A DNA stretch of 64,000 nt from Octopus vulgaris (GCA_951406725.2 OX597817.1:70246001-70310000), one strand, 5' to 3'; counted from the first letter of the stretch, positions 14,004 through 28,852 are shown. Notes: a model not told the origin generated them from the letters alone. Numbers and translations are program-made.

Positions 14004-14188
14004 TATACATATATATGGATTGTATATATATATACACACATTTATATATGGATTGTATATATATGTATGTATGTATATATATATGTACATATATATCTCT
14101 ATACATATATATATGTACATCAAAACCTAAATCAAATGGAAATTGTAGTTGTGAACCCCGTCCCGCTTGCACGTAAAAAGCCCCATCC

Positions 14189-14324
14189 GAACGTGGCCGA
14201 TGCTTGAACGTGGCCGATGCTTGAACGTGTCCGATGCTTGAACGTGGCCGATGCTTGAACGTGGCCGATGCTTGAACGTGGCCGATGCTTGAACGTGGCC
14301 GTTGCTTGAACGTGGCCGATGCTT
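14189..14324 (+). repeat. 17-bp minisatellite (GAACGTGGCCGATGCTT) x8 within a SINE fragment
   Basis: Eight direct units, two with one substitution, lying between two CACGTAAAAAGC motifs. A single unit occurs in the related element at 52858-53100. Confidence 0.9.
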
Positions 14325-14407
14325 GACTCGCTTCCTTACCGGTGGCACGTAAAAAGCACACACTACACTGTGTGTGTGTGTGTGTGTGTATGTGTGTGTG
14401 TGTGTGT

Positions 14408-14800
14408 AAAGGCGAGCTGGCAGAATCGTTAGCACGCCGGGCGAAATTCGTAGCCGTATTTCGTCTACCGTTACGTTCTGAGTTCAAATTCTGCCGAGGT
14501 CGACTTTGCCTTTCATCCTTTCGGGGTCGATTAAATAAGTACCAGTTACGCACTGGGGTCGATATAATCGACTTAATCCGTTTGTCTGTCCTTGTTTGTC
14601 CTCTCTGTGTTTAGCCCCTTGTGGGTAGGAGAGAAATATGTATTTCGTCCGTCTTTACGTTCTGAGTTCAAATTCCGCCGGGGTCCACTTTGCCTCACAT
14701 CTTTTCGAGGGTCGAGATATTAAGTACCAGTTGCGTACTGGGATCGATCTAATCGACTCGCACTTCCCTCAAAATTTCGGGCTTTTTACCTAGAGTGGAA
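14408..14800 (+). mobile_element. SINE family B, full copy plus a tandem partial copy
   Basis: GGCGAGCTGGCAGAATCGTTAGCACGCCGGGCG...GTTCTGAGTTCAAATT head, near-identical to 35230-35463. Confidence 0.85.
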
Positions 14801-15115
14801 TATATCATGAATCTCTTGTATAATTTGATACGAATAGTTTCCATTTACTATTTCGCTTTCTTTTTCAAAAAAAAAAAAAGTGACATCCCAACGCAGGCAC
14901 TCGAACTGTTAGTAATAGAAACGAAATATAGCTCAAATCGCTCTGGCGTATAAATAATTTTTTAAATGTATGAGATAATGTAGTCGTTAACTAAAAACGA
15001 GGATAATAAAACATTGAACACCTTCAAATGTTAGATCAGGTTTGATCTAATCATAACTTTTGTATATGTATTTATGTAATTCGTATCGTTCCTCCTCTGT
15101 CTGTTTGTCTGTTTA

Positions 15116-15146
<31 letters not shown>

Positions 15147-15269
15147 ATCTCTCTTCCCTCTGCTTCCATCTCTATCTATTTGTCTGTCTGTTTATCTCTC
15201 TGTCTATCTTTGTCTACCTATCAGTCTATTTACTGTGCAGGCTATCTACTTTTCTACCAATCTCTCAAT

Positions 15270-15270
15270 G

Positions 15271-15342
<72 letters not shown>

Positions 15343-15400
15343 CATCTATCCATCAATCCATCTATCTATCTATCTATCTACCTACCTACCTACCTATTTA
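15270..15400. repeat. (TATC)n tetranucleotide microsatellite
   Basis: Directly visible. Confidence 0.9.
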
Positions 15401-15923
15401 TCAATCTGTCTGTTTGTTTCTCTCTAACTACCTCTCTCTAACTACCTCTTCCACTCATTTCTTTTCTTTCACTTCGTCAGATCCCACAACATCACACACT
15501 TCTTTCCGATCAGTATTTTTCATAACATTTTCTATGCTTACATTTTTCTGCTTTCCTTTGCACGCTACCTTTATTTACAATTCTCCTACATTCTCCTACC
15601 CAACACCATCTTCATCATCACCACATATATATATATAATCTACATCAGTATTTCCTCATTTTCCTCACCTTCGTCTGTTTTGTTCTTCTAGTTAGTTTCC
15701 GGTTGTAAGTTCACGCCTTGGAGGATTTTAATCGATTATATTGAACCCCAGCAATCATTTTGTCGATCAAATGCATCTAATGGCTAATGTCACCAAAAGG
15801 ACAAGGACTAGGTATGGTTACTTGATGCAGCGATTTATTGGATATCCGCTCGTCGCTGCAGACACAGGCAGGCATATGATAATGCATACATACACCCACA
15901 ACGAACACATACACGCATATATA

Positions 15924-16150
15924 CAGGGCGCGGCCAGAAGTAACGTCCTTTTGTATTTGCGTTTTGTAGTTTCTAATTGAGTTCCTTTTTTTTTATTTCC
16001 TAAAACTTCTACGATTTTTTTATGAGTTTATTATTCGTTTCTTTAAATAATGCCATAAAATTTGTCTTCAAAAACAAATTACTTAATAAACATTTTATAT
16101 ACTATAAAAGTTATTGAATGTAAAAAGAGCGTTACTTCTGCCTCACCCTA
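15924..16150. mobile_element. Tc1/mariner-type MITE
   Basis: Imperfect TIRs CAGGGCGCGGCCAGAAGTAACG / CGTTACTTCTGCCTCACCCT, flanked by TA. Confidence 0.75.
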
Positions 16151-16278
16151 TATGCATATATATATATATTAAATTAGAGACAAAACCACTATTATGCAAA
16201 TCAAACAAAGAAAGACTTAAGCCAATACATAAAATAATTTATATAAATTAAAATTTAACAATTATATATATATATTTA

Positions 16279-19114
<2,836 letters not shown>

Positions 19115-19232
19115 CCTTTGAAACTGACAATTTTGAAAATCATTTTAGATTACGGAACGCCCCATATACCTATGTTTAAATCGGATGAGAAATACTCGAC
19201 TTATAAGCGCACAAGCAGACAGACAGAACGGG

Positions 19233-19292
<60 letters not shown>

Positions 19293-19513
19293 AGTGAATT
19301 GAAGAAATGGAGTTGAACGAAGATTGAACAGAAATCGTTTTATTTCTTCAATTCACTAATAATATTAAAATTAAATTATCCGCACCAACGCACGGTTGCA
19401 ACACCATATGGTTGTACCTCCAACCGTGCTGTCTTCTGCTGTGATTTTTGCTACCAAGGTATCGGTTAAACTTTTGATTAATCTGCAACAAGATTATTCA
19501 TCTTTCTATTTCA

Positions 19514-19577
<64 letters not shown>

Positions 19578-19579
<2 letters not shown>

Positions 19580-19867
19580 CGTAAAGTGTACTAGCCATCT
19601 GAATGTGGCTAGCCACTGGGGGTGGGGTGTTACTGACGCTTTTAGCCCCAGGAGATCGACGTCTCCAGCTGGCCTTAGACACAATTTCAGTGCTCTTGTG
19701 TTATTTGCCACTGAAATTGTGTCTAAGGCCAGCTGGAGACGTCGATCTCCTGGGGCTAAAAGCGTCAGTAACACCCCACCCCCAGTGGCTAGCCACATTC
19801 AGATGGCTAGTACACTTTACGTTGTCGAGCGGTTACTGTTTATATCTCGTTCGGAGATTTATTAATG

Positions 19868-19869
<2 letters not shown>
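19578..19869. repeat. Perfect 115-bp inverted repeat (fold-back) related to the 360-bp unit at 20554
   Basis: 19578-19692 is the reverse complement of 19709-19823 with a 16-bp spacer. Flanked by (TA)n. Confidence 0.9.
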
Positions 19870-19920
<51 letters not shown>

Positions 19921-20156
19921 GATATATATATATATATATATATATATTCTTTTACTCTTTTACTCGTTTCAGCCATTTGACCGCGGCCATGCTGCAGCGC
20001 CGCCTTTAGTCGAACAATTCGACCCCCAAGATTATACTTTTATAAGCATAGTACTTAATTTATTGACCTTTTTTGCTGAACCGCAAAGTTATGGGGACGT
20101 AAACACACCAGCATCGGTTGTCAAGCGATGGCGAGGAGACAAACATAGATACACAA

Positions 20157-20228
<72 letters not shown>

Positions 20229-20442
20229 CAATAATAATTCTCTAAAAGGGATATAGACAGTAACTGCTCGATAACATAAGGGACTAAAGCCATCTGAATA
20301 TGGCTAGGGACAGGGCAGGGTGGTGGGGGTGTTACTGTTGCATTTAGCCCCAGGCGAACATCGACGTCACCAGAAAGGCTCGACACCGTCACGGTGCCCT
20401 AAACCTGCAAAGGGAGGTAATTCCCCGATGAAGCGGAAACCA

Positions 20443-20488
20443 CACACGGACCATGGTTTCAAGGTGTATTGCCTATCATCGGCGTGTG
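20443..20488 (-). ncRNA. Putative hammerhead ribozyme, inverted copy
   Basis: Exact reverse complement of 20652-20697. Confidence 0.55.
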
Positions 20489-20651
20489 GTAGGCCTCCGC
20501 TTCCTCGACGAATTCTCCCTGCTCGATAACATAAGGGACTAAAGCCATCTGAATTCGAACAGATTTTCGAAATCAGCAAATGTATTTTGCTTGAAAATCT
20601 ATATAAGAAAATCCTGCAGAGGGAGAATTCGTCGAGGAAGCGGAGGCCTAC

Positions 20652-20697
20652 CACACGCCGATGATAGGCAATACACCTTGAAACCATGGTCCGTGTG
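20652..20697 (+). ncRNA. Putative type I hammerhead ribozyme (minimal, palindromic helix III)
   Basis: CACACG-CCGATGA-tAGGcaatacaCCTt-GAAA-CCATGG-TC-CGTGTG. Stem I is 6 bp and extendable, the core is a U4C variant, and cleavage is predicted after C20691. Confidence 0.6.
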
Positions 20698-21011
20698 TGG
20701 TTTCCGCTTCATCGGGGAATTACCTCCCTTTGCAGGTTTAGGGCACCGTGACGGTGTCGAGCCTTTCTGGTGACGTCGATGTTCGCCTGGGGCTAAATGC
20801 AACAGTAACACCCCCACCACCCTGCCCTGTCCCTAGCCATATTCAGATGGCTTTAGTCCCTTATGTTATCGAGCAGTTACTGTCTATATCCCTTTTAGAG
20901 AATTATTATTGCTTTCGAACAGATTTTCGAAATCAGCAAATGTATTTTGCTTGAAAATCTATATAAGAAAATCCTGCAGAGGGAGAATTCGTCGAGGAAG
21001 CGGAGGCCTAC

Positions 21012-21057
21012 CACACGCCGATGATAGGCAATACACCTTGAAACCATGGTCCGTGTG
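21012..21057 (+). ncRNA. Putative hammerhead ribozyme, second tandem copy
   Basis: Identical to 20652-20697, 360 nt downstream. Confidence 0.6.
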
Positions 21058-21225
21058 TGGTTTCCGCTTCATCGGGGAATTACCTCCCTTTGCAGGTTTA
21101 GGGCACCGTGACGGTGTCGAGCCTTTCTGGTGACGTCGATGTTCGCCTGGGGCTAAATGCAACAGTAACACCCCCACCACCCTGCCCTGTCCCTAGCCAT
21201 ATTCAGATGGCTTTAGTCCCTTATG

Positions 21226-21274
<49 letters not shown>

Positions 21275-21279
21275 TATAC

Positions 21280-21347
<68 letters not shown>

Positions 21348-21528
21348 GACGGGCTTCTTTCACTTTCCGTCTATCAAATCTATTACAAGGCTTTGGTCGA
21401 CCCGAAGTTATAACAGAAGACACTTGCCTAAGGTGCCAACGCCGTGGAACTGAACCCGGAACCATGTCGTTAAGAAGTAAGCCAGCGGCGTGTGTGTGTG
21501 TGTGTGTACGTAAATATATGTATATGTG

Positions 21529-21592
<64 letters not shown>

Positions 21593-21799
21593 GGAAAAAG
21601 ATAGGTAAGCAGGCATACTTACAGACTGACAGACAAGCAGAAAGATAGATATTTAAAATAACTATTGCGTTGAACTGTAATAACTAATCCAATTTACTTC
21701 CCAATAAAACTGTATAAATGAAGTTCATATGCAGATATTTATTTCAGAAATCTGATATATTTTAACGTTATTACATTGTAATAACCAATTCCAGTTGAT

Positions 21800-22430
21800 G
21801 ACAATGGAAGAAGAATTTTCAATATGATTTACCATTCAATTGAACAATTGATATGCTGTTTTAGTAAGGTGGAGAGTATAGGTTATATAAACGATGTCTC
21901 TCATTCTGGTCGCTCAGTCTCAAACAGGACAGGGTTGAATGGTCAACTAGTCAATCAGCATTTATGGACATCATCAGCAATCTGATACGCGTGGTTCATC
22001 TCAAATGAATATCAACTGAATTTTCGCACGTTCTGAAGAATGTAAACCTGTGTCATTTTATCTCTGGACGCATGCAAAGCTAATACAGGGTTAGAAAAGC
22101 GAATGGAATGAGACATAAGGAAAGCTTCTGAGAATGCAGAAAGTTTTTAAAAACTTTATATTTCGGGTGCAAACGCCCATCTTCAGAAGGATACATCTTG
22201 CCATTTGGGATAGCCAAGTGTTTGAGATGGCAGCAACTGCAACTTTCCAAATGTTGGTGTAGAAGTCAGCAGGAGCAACTTTCCAGTTGCTATGTCCGTC
22301 TATTTCTGTACGCCACAACTTAGCTGTTATTCCACATTTTCTATCTCTGAACTTTCTTGCATAGATTACTTCATTCAACTAGCTTCTACAATTTGATTCC
22401 ATGTATCATCATCGAAAGAAGAATAAAAAC
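21800..22430 (+). mobile_element. Very degenerate Tc1/mariner transposase relic
   Basis: One frame reads IEQLICCFSKVESIGYINDVSHSGRS, resembling the HTH-linker (I.KF...GS..D..RSGR). The rest is heavily decayed. Confidence 0.3.
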
Positions 22431-22606
22431 GTAGGAGTGGCTGTGTGGTAAGTAGCTTGCTTACGAACCACATGGTTCCGGGTTCAGTCCCACTGCGTGG
22501 CAACTTGGGCAAGTGTTTTCTACTATAGCCTCGGGCTGACCAAAGCCCTGTGAGTGGATTTGGTAGACGGAAACTGAAAGAAGCCCGTCGTATATATGTA
22601 TGTATG

Positions 22607-22684
<78 letters not shown>

Positions 22685-22905
22685 TGTATGTGTGTGTGTG
22701 TTTGTGTGTCTGTGTTTGTCCCCCAACATCGCTTGACAACCGATGCGTGTGTGTTTACGTCCCGTAACTTAGCGGTTCGGCAAAAGAGACCGATAGAATA
22801 TGTACCAGGCTTACAAAGAATAAGTCCTGGGGCGATTTGCTCGACTTAAGGCGGTGCTCCAGCATGGCCACAGTCAAATGACTAAAACAAGTAAAAGAGT
22901 AAAAG
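22431..22905 (+). mobile_element. SINE family A, full length
   Basis: Near-identical to 17583-18005 and 32067-32470. Confidence 0.9.
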
Positions 22906-22954
22906 AGATCTTGAATTTATTCCTTCATCATCTTGTACTGACTATATTATTAAT

Positions 22955-23610
22955 CGGTGACCCCAACGTGATCCCGAATTCTACCCTGAAGAAAAAATCA
23001 CTAGCTAATTAGTTACCACCTAACATTATATTCTACTACTTCCCATGTCACAATTTTCTTCATCTCAATTTCTTCAACTTTATTTTCTTCAGCTCAAGCG
23101 ACGATGATATCTGCTATGAATCATCCTGTATTACCAATTTTAACATGAGACATCACCGTCTATTTTGTCCAGTTGGAAGCATTTTTCTCCGCAAACAAAC
23201 ACAATTCAGACCAACGGCATCTCTACATTTTACTTAGGTCTATACCACTATCATTAGCTGGAGAATTGCGAGATATTATTATAACTCCACCGGCAGATGC
23301 AACGTATTCATCAATCTAAGACGAAATTTTAAGACGAACCTCGTTTTCTTCTGAAAAGAAGTTTCGAAAACTTCTCAACGACGAGCTTTTAGGTGACCGA
23401 ACACCATCGCAAATGCTCATAAAAATGCGGCAGCTCACGGAGAACAACCCTGCTGAAAGTAAGTTGCTTAAACAACTCTTTTTCTCCAGATTACCAAAGT
23501 ATCTTCAAGGTATTCTCGCTCATTTGACCGACGTTAGTACAGTCGACCAACTTGCAGAATCGGCAGATAAAATTTAGGAGTATACTAAATCCACTCCAGA
23601 ACCCAAGTAA
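22955..23610 (+). mobile_element. Gypsy/Ty3 LTR retrotransposon relic: tRNA-Trp PBS + gag pseudogene
   Basis: CGGTGACCCCAACGTGAT (22955-22972) matches 16/18 of the tRNA-Trp PBS TGGTGACCCCGACGTGAT. The frame from 23104 reads F.QLEAFF...LRDII..PP...Y.....ILRR...LLNDELLGDRTPSQML..M..L...LFFSRLP....IL...LAESADKI with in-frame stops. Confidence 0.85.
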
Positions 23611-24361
23611 CATTTGTCAAATGATTCTGTTTTCCATGTTATAATATGGTATTTTAATGCTATTTCTGTATTCTTTTTTATGTCTTAATTGTTGGTTTCC
23701 TATTTTCGATGTAAACCGCACCTGTTTGTCTGTTGTAAAGTATTGAGCCCATGTGACCAACAACAATAATAAAGAAAATCATCATCATCACCATCATCAT
23801 CATTATCATTATCATATCTGGCATATTGTAAAAAAAATTGCGATGAGAAAACTCCTGAAGCTGTTACAGCTGCTTTTTTGTCTTTCAGCATATGAACTGC
23901 GAGAACGATTTTGACGTACATTTATCAACTCTCACTACTCCTCCTACACTTGGATAACGTCGTTTATATCACCTTTTGCTAGAAATAGCAGTCAAATCTT
24001 CTATTCGTATTTGCTGAGTTAATTTCCTGCCAGTGTTTATTTCTAGGCAATTCAATTTCTTGTAACGACGACAGTATGGCTATTTTCCAGTTCCTTTCGC
24101 TGCTTTCGACATCTACGACAAGAAACACGGTTGCAAGTAGCACGAGAAAGGATGCGCAGATATAGAACTCGGACGAAAGAGGAACATATAGTAAAAAGAG
24201 GAAAAAGACAACACCGACGGAGACGTGATGAAATGAATGTAGACGAACGTGAAGAATACTTAATGAAAGCTAAACTATGAAAGCGATAAAAATGCTAATC
24301 ATCCTTTCTATCTTAAACAGGTCTCCTTAGTTTTTTCCATTCCGTGGAATTTACATGGAGT

Positions 24362-24412
<51 letters not shown>

Positions 24413-24417
24413 TTAAT

Positions 24418-24451
<34 letters not shown>

Positions 24452-24469
24452 TTAATATTAATAATGATG

Positions 24470-24527
<58 letters not shown>

Positions 24528-24763
24528 GTACAAAAAATCGTATTAACTGGAACGGCTCATGTACTGAGAAGAGCATTATCGCTGTGAAAATAACATCCAT
24601 TCATGAATTTATTTATTTATTAATTTTTAAATACATATTTTACCTGTGAATCTGCGTGTGTAATCTGAGAATGCATACAATGAGCTTCTCTGCCCTAGGT
24701 GTACAGAAAACACTCGGCGAGAAACGGAAGAAAATTTGAAGAACGAAAAAAAAAAAAAAAAAA

Positions 24764-24820
<57 letters not shown>

Positions 24821-24829
24821 AATAATAAT

Positions 24830-25165
24830 TGGTATGACCACAAAACAAACCTGAAGGCATCGTCAAAAATAGAAAGGCAAAGATCCTATATGATTTTATG
24901 ATTCAGTGCGACCATGCGATAGAGAATAGGAAGCCGGACATAGTCTTAATTGAGAAAGAAAACAAGCTAAGCTGGATCCGGGGCCCTGGGAACAGTAAGT
25001 AAAAATCTCGAGAAGTGCGTGGAGCAAATAAAGACTGCAATAAGGGTGGAGTACTTGCAGAAAAAAGTACTGCTTGGAACCGCTCGAATACTCCGAAAGG
25101 TGCTCGAAAAATAAGAGGTGTTACCTTAGTTCACAGGTACTACATCTCCAACGTTAGAAGCTGTG
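24830..25165 (+). mobile_element. R4/Dong-type LINE 3' fragment (RLE domain), internally deleted
   Basis: WYDH..PEGIV...AKIL.DF.IQCDHAIENRKPDIVLIEKE / GALGTV / LQKKVLLGTARILRKVL, following (AAT)n. Confidence 0.8.
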
Positions 25166-25219
25166 CAAAGGCAACAAACAACAGCAACAACGACAGCAAC
25201 AACAACGACGACGACGACG

Positions 25220-25282
<63 letters not shown>

Positions 25283-25289
25283 TCAACAA

Positions 25290-25660
25290 CAATAGCACTC
25301 AGAGAGCGCAAAGCTCCGCTAAAGCAACACCAACATCCTCTCAATGGTTAGCCAGAGATGATTTTTAAAATGAGAATATCTGAAATAAATTCGACTGCTC
25401 TCACAAACGAGAATACTAAAAATGAACCCGACCACGCACAAAAATTTCGTAAAAAAAAACAGGAAAAATCATCCAAAATCCTTGTCTGGTACCGGATCGA
25501 TCACCAAATCTAATCAGTTCGTGCCAGTTACGAGGCCAAACAACCCTGAAAGTTTCATCATAATCCATCCGGCGGTTCTTGAGATGTCTTGTCCACGGAC
25601 AAACAAACAAACCAACAAACACGGCTGAAAACAATACCTCCGCCTTCACTAAAAGTAATG
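25290..25660 (-). mobile_element. Helentron-associated interspersed element (HINE/DINE-1-like)
   Basis: Minus strand has 5' GGCGGAGGTATTGTTTTC, a (GTTT)n microsatellite and GATGAAACTT, and ends with subTIR + hairpin TTAGCGGAGCTTTGCGCTCTCTGAGTGCTATT. Confidence 0.7.
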
Positions 25661-25870
25661 ATAACAATATTAATCCTTTCTACTGTAAGCACAAGGCCTG
25701 AAATTTTTTTATGGTGGGGGAGAGATAAGTCGATTGCATCGACCCCAGTGCATAACTGGTTCTTATTTCATCGACCCCCCGAAAGGATGAAAGGGCAAAG
25801 TCGACCTCGGCGGAATTTGAGCTCAGAACGAAAAGGCGGACGAAAACATTCTGAGTTCAAATTCCGCCGA

Positions 25871-25953
<83 letters not shown>

Positions 25954-26918
25954 GGAGGAGGAGGAGGAGGAGGAGGAAGAGGAGGAGAGGAGGAGGGAAT
26001 TACACATGCTCGGAACAGCTCATGTATTGAAAATGTGTTGAAAATGTGAGAAAGAGCTAAGACATGACGTAGATAATATAAGAAATCATCAAAAGTGGAG
26101 AAAATTGAAGTAACAAGAACGACGACGACGATGATGATGATGGTGATGATGATGATTTCCTTTATTATTGTTGTTGGTCACATGGGCTCAATGCATTGAG
26201 AACGACATCAAAGGACGAAATATGATACTACAGACAGAAAGGTGCAGTTTACATTGAAAGGGGGAAAACCAACAATTAAGATGTAACAAAGAATACATAC
26301 AAACATGGTACATAGTTGCATAACACACAGACACACACACACAGACATGCACACACAAGGAGACAGAGGTGCAAACATATACAAACACATGCTCTCAAAC
26401 ACATACATAGAAAATACACAAACACAGACATGCAAGCACATAAATACGCAGGATACATACATACAGATGCACACACATACATACATATATACATATGCAT
26501 ACACACACATATATACATACATACACATGCAAACACACACACATACATACATACGTACATGAATGCATGTATAGGTCAACACACACACACACACACACAC
26601 ACACACTGACCCACACACATGCGCACAAACAAACAAAAAGGAACGCAGTGTAAATAACGGACAGATTCAAGACTATTGAAAAGGTTGCAAGACGCAACGA
26701 AAATTTTAGGAAAATAAAAATAAGAAATAAGTGGAAATTTTACCGATGGGTGTGTCAAATTATAAGGTACAAAAAGAAAATGACTCTCCCCAGACACAAC
26801 ATAACTGGTTCTTATTTCATCGACCCCCGAAAGGATGAAAGGCAAAGTCGACCTCGGCGGAATTTGAGCTCAGAACGAAAAGGCGGACGAAAACATTCTG
26901 AGTTCAAATTCCGCCGAG

Positions 26919-26986
<68 letters not shown>

Positions 26987-27055
26987 TTGTCTCTTGAGGT
27001 CTCTGGGTGAGACTTGGAGCCAACTTGTACAAATATAAAGCAAAAGTCAAACATA

Positions 27056-27146
<91 letters not shown>

Positions 27147-28277
27147 AAGAAGAAGAAGAAGAAGAATACAGAAATAGCATTAAAATAAATAAACAACAGG
27201 GTAAATACTAGCCTAGTTGATATGCTGTGCCTCCGACACATAAACCCAACCAACGGCTTTTGAGCTTCCATGTTTCAGCGCATGCACCCTAACTTGAAAA
27301 GCAGCTTTCATGTTTCCCGTCGAAGAAATGGCCGAGGGTCAGCCTTACCGCTGAGAAGCCGTTTGCTATTTCATTTCTATATGCGTCTTCTAATCTACTG
27401 ACTAGCTTATTTTCTATGCTAGTGTTATTTTATTGCAATTTCTTGTTAAAATTAACAGTCGCCTCTGATTTTCCTTACTAGAGGAACTCACCATTTGTTG
27501 TTGATGATAGCTCATGTCAATTGCCGCTTGGCTCTTGGAATCTTTCTGCGTCTAGAAGAACTGGTTCATCTTCCAGTATCTGGGCTCAAAAATTTCAATC
27601 CTAATGTTATTCAATCATGTGTATTCAATCATGTGTATTCAATCATGGTAGGTGGAAACTTACCCAAACTGCCGCGTAGTTGGATCGATCGTGGATTCAT
27701 TTGACCGCGAACCAAACTTCTTGAACATACAACTATGCGTGCGCCAGTATTTCGCATTTATGCCATTGTCTTTCCATTTCGCTTTATGACATTAACCTTC
27801 CCTTCGTTACTACAATACACCGCAGAACCCCAGTAGATTCCCATTTCTAGTTATTATTTGCACCGTTCGAGTTCAGTCCATCATTGAAACTTTATTTCTG
27901 ACTGACCTGAAGAAAATATAAATTCTTTGATTCCCAAAAGTCTTTGTTATATTGTCTGCAGTATAGAACAGAAAGATCTTCTGGAACTATCTTTGTCTGT
28001 AGACTTATTTCTGCGTTCTATTTGCAGTTCTCAGTTCCTCGTCTTTCTTCTTTTCAAACATTTCATCTTGGCTTTCACTTTCCTTCCAATTTCTTAAACG
28101 CAATTTTTTTTATTACCTCTTACATCATTCCGCCTTGCACAGAATTTATCCTGCAGCTTCTCCTCTGTCTTATCTCTCGCTTTACTTGAATTACTTACTT
28201 TTCTGTTATACTCCAACCTCTCTCTTTGTTACAACACACACATACACACACATATATAGATAGTATAAATATTTAAA

Positions 28278-28421
<144 letters not shown>

Positions 28422-28769
28422 GTACGTACATTCATAAATATACGTTTTACATATATCAGGAAAATTTTTAAATAATTCTCAAAGAGACATACACACATAC
28501 AAGAGAAGAATAAAATATCTATAATATGATAGAACCATTATAGATAAAACATCGTTTCTTAAAGTCACTCGTATTTAGTTTTAAAAATTTAATAAGCTAA
28601 TCATCAGATGATAAATATAATTGTCTTGTCGAAAAGATAGAGAGCAAAAAACAAAAAACCGAAGAACAAATGTGTATGAAAAATACTCCGGTTATGCATA
28701 CTACGTCAAAATTTTGAGCGAACTTTTCCTCTCTCCTTCTCTGTCTGCGCGCGCGCATGCAAACACACA

Positions 28770-28816
<47 letters not shown>

Positions 28817-28852
28817 TCTCTCTCTCTCCCCCTCTCTCTCACACACACACAT

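Larger units (their letters stand above)
20227..21229. mobile_element. Candidate retrozyme / Penelope-like pseudo-LTR array: 360-bp unit in tandem plus an inverted copy
   Basis: 20554-20913 is repeated at 20914-21229. 20227-20520 is the reverse complement of 20620-20913. Non-coding, inserted in (TA)n, with a hammerhead motif in each copy. Confidence 0.7.
19950..21485 (-). mobile_element. SINE family A split by an insertion in its central (TA)n
   Basis: 3' half at about 19950-20160 and 5' half at about 21346-21485, both on the minus strand. Confidence 0.75.

Noticed and set aside
14189-14324. CRISPR-like appearance of the 17-bp repeat (also the 23-, 28- and 232-bp arrays)
   Set aside because: No unique spacers, no cas genes, and a eukaryotic context.
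20424-20465. Opposite-polarity hammerhead (CCGATGA-AGCG-GAAA-CCA...TGG-TT)
   Set aside because: The sequence after the putative cleavage site cannot pair with the upstream stem I strand; the motif is explained by the self-complementarity of the hairpin.
20320-21180. Repeated 60-106 aa ORFs in the 360-bp unit
   Set aside because: No recognisable domain; they recur only because the DNA is repeated.
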